DNA of 63,384 bases, counting the filler, from Conidiobolus incongruus B7586 (Eukaryota), in the NCBI GenBank assembly GCA_000697335.1. It is 19 parts of 19 records of this genome, joined end to end, with 100 filler letters (N's around TTAATTAATTAA, not from the genome) between each part and the next. Parts side by side here need not be neighbours in the genome. Positions count along the whole stretch, not along the records: positions 54,155 to 56,167 come from JNEM01004324.1; positions 56,268 to 60,050 come from JNEM01004325.1; positions 60,151 to 61,932 come from JNEM01004327.1; positions 62,033 to 63,384 come from JNEM01004329.1; 15 more parts are not named here. One strand, 5' to 3'. Below, piece after piece: positions 54,624 to 63,384 of this stretch. The position numbers and the translations under genes are program-made. Each line of letters opens with the position of its first letter. The stretch's first letter is position 1. Under the pieces are notes generated by a model, which was not told the origin of the DNA, searched no databases, and saw only the letters and a list, made by a program, of their open reading frames with translations.

Positions 54624-56167
54624 AACTGACTTTTAAAGGTGAGTTATAAAATCAAAAACACCTATATTTTTACTAATAAGTTGATTAATATTTAATGAAA
54701 TAAACCTAAATTAAATAATTAAAATCTAGTATATTTATTAATTAAATATATTATTAAATGATGATATTTAGTTATTAATTGGCTAAAATATAAACCATTA
54801 AATTTTACCTAAGGTGAGTTATAAATTTATAGGTATTTAGAGGTAAAAAAAATTAAAACCTAGTGTATTTCTCTTTAGTATTTCAAACTTCTTTAAGTTT
54901 GTGGGGTATAGAATCAATTAACTTTTTATATTAAGAAGGGCTAATCTTTTTCTATGCTTTTTAAATATATTCTTAAAGTTGATATAAATTTTTTATTAAA
55001 AGGAAAGCTTTAACAGCCTTTTTTAGTTGATCCCAAAGATATTCAATTAAATTAAGATTAGGAAATTGAGAAGGCTATTTTATAACTATTATCTTGTTAT
55101 TTTTAAGTTATTTGGTAGTAAAAGCTATAGTATAATAAAAGGCATTATCTTATTAGAAAATAACTTTAGATTTGTGTAACTTATATTATTTAATTTTTTT
55201 TAATTTATTTTTTAGAATATTTTGGTATATCTTAATATTAATTCCCCTATTAATTTTATAAAGATATTATATATCTAAAAATGATATATATCCCCAAAGA
55301 ATAATTAATATATGACTGTACTTTTAGGTCAAATTAACATAATGATCATAAAGTAGTTCTATATCTTTTTTAAAGTATTTAGCTTTTTAATTAGATTTAT
55401 TAAATTATATTTTTGTTTCATTAGACTAAATAACCTTATTTCAATTAGTTTTGGTTAAATATTAATACTGATATTTAAACTCACACCTACCTTTATAATA
55501 TGATTTTTTTAATTGAGGGTGATTTTTTTAAGTTATAAGTAGTATTTATGTTGATATAAAATATATATAATAGTATCAATATTAATTAATATTCTTATAT
55601 AGTTTTATAGTTCTTGTTATATTTCTATAGTAATACCACACTTACCTATATTAACCAACCTATAAATATAATTCTTATCATATTTATCTATGATTTTAAT
55701 ATATTTAAGTTTAAGTTTAAATGTTTTTTTATTATTATTCTTAATATCTTTAACTATAGTAGACTAGCTAACACTAGTAATTCTAACAATATTATAAGTT
55801 AATTTATCTTCTTTATAAAGTTGATTGATATATAAGTAGATTTTTTTAAAGAGGGATTTAATTATAATAATACTGATAAAAAGAATTTAATATATCTGTA
55901 AAATATTATATAAAATAATAGCAAAAAGAGAAAAAAGATATGATTATATATTGTTAAATATATCTCTTTATCTCAAAAACCAACAAATTAATAACTCAAT
56001 TTAGTTAAATATTAAAGGTTAATATTCTTGCTAATAATTTACAAAATATATCTAAATATATTGATTTATTATCAAATAATATACCTTAATGATATATTTT
56101 AGCTTTAAGTAATATAATATATATAATTTTTTTAGTTATTAATTAAAATATATATATATTTTTGATT
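54624..56167 (-). mobile_element. Tc1-like (DD34E) transposon relic, near full length
   Basis: Minus strand VIF**DNAFYY (FQQDNAPCH) at about 55135-55164 and K*PSQFPNLNLIEYLWDQLKKAVK (WPSQSPDLNPIEHLW) at about 55010-55080. Terminal repeat at 54624. Confidence 0.88.
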
Positions 56168-57794
56168 NNNNNNNNNNNNNNNNNNNNNNNNNNNNNNNNN
56201 NNNNNNNNNNNTTAATTAATTAANNNNNNNNNNNNNNNNNNNNNNNNNNNNNNNNNNNNNNNNNNNNTGTTTATTAATTTATTTATTTTATATTAATATT
56301 AAAATTATATCATTACTTAATTTCTATACTATTATTAACTTATTTCAAAATTCTATCAATATATATTTTATATTATATATTATTCACAAAAATTTTATTG
56401 ATGATTTTATTACTCTTGTTAAGTTAAATCATAATTATCATATTATTCAAAATTCTGTATTAAATAATACTTAAGCAATTGATTCAATTATATAATTAAT
56501 GAAAAAATATAATAGATTTAAATAACTTTAATTTAAGCTATCCTATAGATAAATATAGTAATTTTAACATACCTTTTTGAAATTAATTAATCTGATTGGG
56601 TAAACTATTAAATAATAAAGTTATTGATTATACCAAACTCAAGAAATAAATATAAATTAAATATTAATATTTATTTGAATAATTTTGTTATAAACTCAAT
56701 TCATAAAAATAGTTTCAATTAAAAGGATTATTATCTCTATTTAATATTATGAATACTTAATAAATTTACAAATTAATAAAAATAGTTAAATTTATCAATT
56801 ATAAAATTATATTTTAAAGATTTAAAAATAATTTTTTTAATAAAATTATAATTATTTATATTTATTTCATATATATTTGATATTTTTATCAAATTATTAT
56901 AATATAATTAACTATTTATAAAATAATGTAACAAATGTGAATTTAAATTGAAATATAATTGTCATTTTATAAATACTTATATTATCAATGTAACTTAATA
57001 TTAGTATGAGTTACAAGATGAACTAGAGTTATTAACAAATTCTATTTCGTCATGAGGAAGTAATTTAAAAATTCTTATTTGAAATTTACATCAATTAAGA
57101 ATTCAAATAATTTTATACTATATTTATTTATGATTAGAGAAAATATTTTAATAAGTTAATTAATTAAAATTTAATTTAATTTTGAAATAATAATATTATT
57201 ATTTTGAATATAAAAAGATATAAAACAAATATATAGAAATTAAATTTGTAAATATAATCATTAGACTCTATATTAAATGAGATTTTAATAATTTTTTTAA
57301 CATCAATCATAATATATCTCATTATCCAATTTTGAATTATTATTGACAATTTGAAATAATCATAGAAGCATTGTATATTAGTAGTATAACTAATTCTTAT
57401 ATAATAAAAATATTACTACGACTAATTTAATTATAATCTAAATTAATATATCTGATATTAAAATGACATTACCAATAAAGTTGTAATAATTAAAATATTG
57501 AAATATTTAAGATTGCTTATAAATTTTATGATTTAATTAATAACTAAGAATTATTAAATAAATAAATAAATAAATAAATTTATTAAGATTTCATTTTATA
57601 AAATAAATTATAATAAACTTTAATTTTATAAATTACTAATAATTAGATAATACTTAAATCAATAAATTTATTAAATCATAAGTAAAACGTCATTATAATC
57701 ATAAATCAAACAATGAAAAATAATATAAAAAGACAGAGTACAAGTTAAAAAACCTAAGTCTTTAACATATTAATCGCTGATATCAAAATTTGCA

Positions 57795-58187
57795 ATGGCT
57801 GGTAAATTCAATAATATATACTATGTAAGCTAATTAATATTAATTTCAACAATAGAACCAAAAAACTACATTTTAGTCCTCAAAAACGATCTCTCCGAAA
57901 AGAAGGTTGATAATCTTATTCATCAAATCGAATCCAGAGGTATATAAAATATTGATCAAATCTATTAATACAGTATTCAATGCTTATTTTAACTACTAGG
58001 AGGTAAAGTTTTTGACAGATTCGACTCCAAGCATCGTTTAGCTGCAACATTATCTAAGGATCAATGTGGTAAGTTTAGATAATAAATTATAAGTTTATAT
58101 TGAAATTAATTAGTTTATTTAGATAAATTAATGGACATTGAAGAAATTGATCATATTGAATCTGATGAACCTGTTACTCAGAATTAA
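57795..58187 (+). CDS. Peptidase inhibitor I9 family protein (Pbi2/POIA1-like subtilisin inhibitor; 4 exons, 74 aa)
   Basis: Exons 57795-57801, 57856-57939, 58000-58068 and 58123-58187 (GT-AG introns) give MAEPKNYILVLKNDLSEKKVDNLIHQIESRGGKVFDRFDSKHRLAATLSKDQCDKLMDIEEIDHIESDEPVTQN*. This has the YIxxLK...GGKV...IExDxxV pattern of I9 inhibitors. Confidence 0.88.
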
Positions 58188-59399
58188 GCTATAAATAAAT
58201 CGCTGAGATTCTTGATTTAAAGAATTTAATAAACAATTTTCTCTATTCTCCGTATATTGTTGAATCTTTATGGATTTTTAACATGGTTATATAATTAAAA
58301 ACGATTTAATTCATTTTATGCCTTTGTATTTGATTTTATAACAAAAATATTAAAAAATAGTTAAATTTAATATATCATCAAAACAAACGAATTCAATACT
58401 ATTTTTTGTAAATTAATTTCTAAATTACAAAAAACTTAATACCTTTTAGTATATATATAATAATTATATTTTTTCAAATTTCTTGAAATCTCTTTATATA
58501 TGAATTAGAAATATATAATGTATTAGTTAACATAATGAATATAGTTGTCATTATATGAGTTTATTTCAATTGATAACAATATCAGGATATAATATTATTA
58601 TACATAAATAAATAAATGTTGAAATTTATTTATAAATTTAAATATTCTGATTAACCGTTTACTATAAATCAATTATATTAGTGTATAATATAATTAAAGT
58701 CTCTATTTCTGAAACCAAAGTTAACAGTTTCATCCAATTCTTTTTAAAATTCTAATTAAAATAATTTAATATATTTTTAATTGTTAAAAAAAATATTATT
58801 TATAAAAATAATAAATATTTTTGTTAAAAATAAGATGACATATTTATATTTTCATGATATTATATTGACACAATATATATTGCTAAATATTTCTCCGCTC
58901 ATTAAGTATTCCAAATATTTGGTATATTGACATTAATTCGTTAATGGATTCAAGAAAAAAGATCTATAACAGTAATAAAATTCCAATATGGTTTGACTTT
59001 TGCATTATATGGTTATAATTTATTTTATATATTATAAATTATTTATATATTTTATTTAATTGAATGACTTATATAAAAAAGTTAAAATATTAAGTAATAT
59101 ATAATATTTTAATTTTGACTTAGTTATAATATAATAATTCAAAAAAATTTTTTGATTAAATTATCAATTAATTGAATTCAAATTATATATATATATATAT
59201 ATATTTAATTTTAAATAATTTTAATTTAATTTAAATTAAATATTTATAATAATTATATAGATTTTATAAACTATTAAATTTTAAATATATATATATTTAT
59301 AAACAATTTAATAATAATTATCTAAATCATAATATAAAATCCTTTAAAAATTACACAACAAAATTAATTTTCAAGGTTATTAAATAATAAAATTTTAAA

Positions 59400-59781
59400 A
59401 TAATTTCCAAGTAAATTTACATATGATAATAAATGAATTTAAATTGACCAAAGCAACAGCTAAAAGGAGATACGTTGTTGTACTCAAAGTCAATGCGTCT
59501 ACTCAGGCTGTTGATAACTTGTATTATCAATTCTATTTCATCTGTAAATAATATAATATTATGACATTAAACACTTGTTTAATCGCCTAGAAAGTAAAGT
59601 TTATTAAATAATGAAAGAAAAAGGATAAAGGAGATTATATTTTAGTCTTAATTTAGATTAATATAATAGTTTGATTTTAAATTATATATTTGAAGTTATT
59701 TTATACAGCTAAATAAATTTATTAATCCTAACAAAGTTGAATCTATCAAGAGAATACATAAAATATTAACCAAGAATATAA
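59400..59781 (+). pseudogene. Degenerate tandem paralogue of the I9 inhibitor gene
   Basis: Reads ATAKRRYVVVLKVNASTQAVDNLYYQ, then a GT...CTAG intron at the equivalent position, then SKVY* (versus GKVF). The last exon is degenerate (KVESI). No intact start is visible. Confidence 0.65.
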
Positions 59782-60150
59782 TATATTTTAAGGTTCTTGA
59801 TACAGAACCAAATAAGCTATTTACTCTATTCATTTGTGTTAATTATTTTACTACCATTTAAATATTATAATACTAAAAAGAATTATAATTAATTTTATAT
59901 TATTTGAACTTTATAATAAAAATCATTAATAACACTAAATATAATTTATTTTAAAAAGAAATTAAATCTTTTAATAACTTTGATTTGAAAAAATATTCAA
60001 AATTTCAAATATAAAATTTAATTTAATATATTTATATTATATTTATTAAANNNNNNNNNNNNNNNNNNNNNNNNNNNNNNNNNNNNNNNNNNNNTTAATT
60101 AATTAANNNNNNNNNNNNNNNNNNNNNNNNNNNNNNNNNNNNNNNNNNNN

Positions 60151-61563
60151 TTAATTTATTTATTAAAACTAAAAATATATTTAAAATAAGTTATAAATTT
60201 GTGGGTTTTAATATTAATAGAAAAATTAATATCTAGTATATCTATCTTTTGTTTTTCTAACTTCTTTAAATTTATAGGATATAAAGTTAACTAACTTCTA
60301 ATATTAAGCAGGATTAATATAATTCTAAGTTTCATATATATACTCCTAAAGTTAATTTAAATTTTTTACTAGAGGGAAAGTTTTAATTAATTTTTTTAAT
60401 TAATCATAATAATATTAAATTAGGTTAAAATTAGGAGATTAAAAAAGTTATTTCATAATAGTTATTTTGTTATTTTTAAGCTATTTAATAATAGATTTAT
60501 AATATAACAAGGGGTATTATCTTGTTAGAAAATAATATTTAATTTATTTAACTTATATTACTCAATAGTTTTTTCAATTTAATATTTAAAAAACTTTAAT
60601 ATATCTTAGCATTAATTCCCCTATTAACCATATAAAGATATCTTATACCTGAAGATAATATATATCCCTAAACTATAATTAACTTATAATTATATTTTTA
60701 AGTTATTATAACATAATGGTTATAAAGTAATTTTTTATCTTTTTTGAAATATTTAGTTTTTTTATTAAATTTATTAAAATATATTTTTGTTTTATCAGAC
60801 CAAACAATTTTATTTTAGTTAATTTTAGTTTAACTTTAGTATTAATATTTAAACTCCTACTTAACCCTATAATAAGATTTTTTTAGTTAAGGGTATTTTT
60901 CCTTAAGATATAAATGATATCTATTCTAATATAAAGCATGTATAATAGTATTAGTATTAATTAATATTCCTATATAGTCTTATAATTCTTATTATACTTC
61001 TATAGTAATATTATATTTACCTATATTAATTAATCTATAGATATACTTTTTATCATGCTTATCTATAATCTTAATATACTTAAATTTTAGTCTAGGTGTT
61101 TTTTTAGGATTGTTTTTAATTACCCTAGCTATATTAGATTGGTTAATATTAATAATTCTAGCAATCTCATAAGTTGATTTATTTTTATTATAAAGTTGAT
61201 TAATATATAAATGAATTTCCTTAAAAAGAGGTTTAAGTATTATAATATTAATTTTAGAATATTAGCTTAATAATTTTATAATATATATATAATATAACAA
61301 AAGAAAAAAAGATATATATAAGTTTTGTTATTTATATCCTTTTAACTTATAAACCCATAAATTTATAACTCACTTTGGTTAAATTTTAGGTTTTGATATA
61401 TTAACCAATAGCTAATAAAATATAATCACATATAATTAGTTATAATTGACTAATATAGATAAATTATATATTTTGATTTAAATTTATTTAATTAAGAATT
61501 ATTTAAGATATAAGTAAATATATAATTAATTTTGATTTTACAACTCATTTTTATAGGCTAGTA
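60151..61563 (-). mobile_element. Tc1-like (DD34E) relic with complete 5' long TIR
   Basis: KIVWSDKTKI at about 60782-60811. The reverse complement of 61345-61563 aligns with 30288-30500. Confidence 0.88.
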
Positions 61564-61599
61564 TATATAAATTATTAAAATATTTTTAATTAAAAATTT

Positions 61600-61932
61600 A
61601 AGACTAAATTTATTTATATTAAATTTAGATAATTTTATTCAAAATTTTGTCTATTAATAATATTAAACTTTTATTTTAAATTTTTTAAAAATATTCAAGA
61701 TTTAAAAATAACTTGTAAAATTTTATTTAAAATAATTATTAATTTTTAGATATCTTATTTTTTAGTTAAAAAGGATATTATTTCAAATTTTCTAAATTTA
61801 AAAAGATTCATTTTTTTATTATAATTTTATATTTTAATAATATTTAAAATTATATTTAAAAATCAGTATTTATTTAAATTAAAATATTAAATTAACTTAA
61901 TATTTATTATATCATTATGTTAAATATTTAAG
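61600..61932 (+). mobile_element. Mariner N-terminal fragment
   Basis: AAAAGGATATTATTTCAAATTTTCTAAATTTAAAAAGATT resembles 22675-22716. Confidence 0.5.
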
Positions 61933-63384
61933 NNNNNNNNNNNNNNNNNNNNNNNNNNNNNNNNNNNNNNNNNNNNTTAATTAATTAANNNNNNNNNNNN
62001 NNNNNNNNNNNNNNNNNNNNNNNNNNNNNNNNTATTTTCATTAATATAAAAATTAATTAAGTTAATGATCAAATTATTATTATTAATTATTATATTAATT
62101 ATCAAAATAATATTATGCTTACTGTTATTTATTTTATACTTAAAATTATAAGTACTAGCTAATATTTTTAATATATAATATTTAAGCTTACTTATATCAA
62201 TTAAATAATATAAATTAATTTTGTTGCTTTTAATTTCAATAAATATATAACAAAGCTTTGAAAGTTATTTAACCTAAAATAATAACTAATAATCAATTAT
62301 TATGATAATTAATTTAATTAACAAAATAATATTTGAAATTAAATTAGCAGGTTAAATAACTATTAAATTTTTATTATTAAACCAATAATTAATTTGGTTA
62401 TATATGGGTTTAATATAATTTCAACATAAGTTTAGTGTTGGCTTCTTATTTAACTTTTGTTAGGAAAATATTTAGTTATTATTTTTAATTAAAGCTATAA
62501 TCTTAATATATAGCTTTAATTAATATTTATTAAAAGTTTCTTTCTTTTCTAAAGCTATTATTTATTTAATTGTGATTTCTAATATATTATTATTTATAAC
62601 TTTAATTAATTCTTCATTTAAGTATAATAACAAGTTATTAATAAAATATATGTTTTAAAGTTATAATAACAAATAATAACTCTTTAGAGCTTTCATAAAT
62701 TCTAATATATTCTTATAGATAAATTATTTAATTTCTTAAATATATCATTTTGCTTAATTATTAATTTTTTTATAAGTTCCTTAGGCTTAAAAAGATATTA
62801 AATTATCATTTAAATTCTAGAAAATTATCTACTAATTTTAATTTTTAATTTAATATAAATTTAACCTATTTATATATTTCTTTTTAAATTAAGTTCTTTA
62901 TTAATTTAACTTTAGCTGAATTTATAAGATATTTTTAACTATTGAAGTTAATAAACTATTATAAGTTGTTTTAAATATTAATTAGCTTTTATTTGATTTA
63001 TAGAAAATATATTGTTAAATATAATATATTTTATATTAATTGCTGTTATTATATTAGAATATTTAATAAATTAATATAACTATTAATAATAACATATAAT
63101 TAATTTTTTTTGTTTTAATATATTTATTTATATGTTTTAAGATCAATTATATTATAAACAATATTAAAATCATTATTATAATATAATAATAAACTAATCA
63201 TTAGTATATTATAATGATAGTAGTTATTGAAGTTATTTCTAAGCCTAATTTTGATAAAATAAAATAAAATATATAATCAAACTTAAATAAATAACTATTA
63301 AACTTAAGTTTTAAGAATTAATTATAATATATTTTTAAGATATTACATATATAAAATACTATTAATATATTTTATATTTTATAA

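Noticed and set aside
55614..55802. 62-aa ORF
   Set aside because: Antisense within the Tc1 relic.
1644..62032. TTAATTAATTAA repeated 18 times, each between two runs of 44 N
   Set aside because: An artificial scaffold spacer with stops in all frames. It is not a CRISPR array or a biological repeat, and true gap sizes and adjacency across gaps are uncertain.
62033..63384. Hypermutated repeat-like tract
   Set aside because: Composition resembles the TE relics, but I found no diagnostic motif or second copy, so it is left unclassified.
1..63384. Alternative genetic code (TAA/TAG read-through) or organellar origin as an explanation for stop-rich transposase frames
   Set aside because: Intact genes use the standard code with TAA, TAG and TGA stops and have spliceosomal introns. 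Stops in TE copies differ between copies and come with missense transitions at catalytic residues.

Overview
Very AT-rich eukaryotic scaffold with 18 identical assembly spacers (N44-TTAATTAATTAA-N44). The short GT-AG introns (about 50-65 nt) and the gene content point to a fungus, probably an early-diverging (Zoopagomycota/Conidiobolus-like) lineage; that taxonomy is inference only. Gene islands I can reconstruct by hand: a 9-exon cytochrome P450 with a decayed tandem paralogue upstream, a small single-pass membrane protein, a spliced Cys-rich membrane protein built from duplicated 72-nt exons, an LRR-DH-PH RhoGEF, a compact intronless 7TM protein, a GIGYF/Smy2-like GYF protein, and a 4-exon I9-type subtilisin inhibitor with a decayed tandem paralogue. 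The ORF track misses the inhibitor entirely and shows only part of the Cys-rich gene. Between the islands lie nested transposon relics: about 7 mariner fragments, about 6 Tc1 fragments with long IR/DR termini, and several Ty3/gypsy elements including a full-length chromovirus with both LTRs and a 5-bp TSD. The most striking signal is that these repeats have been destroyed almost entirely by C>T and G>A transitions with few indels, and CpG is nearly absent from them. This looks like RIP-like or methylation-driven genome defence, with broader dinucleotide context than Neurospora RIP, in a lineage where such a mechanism is not established.
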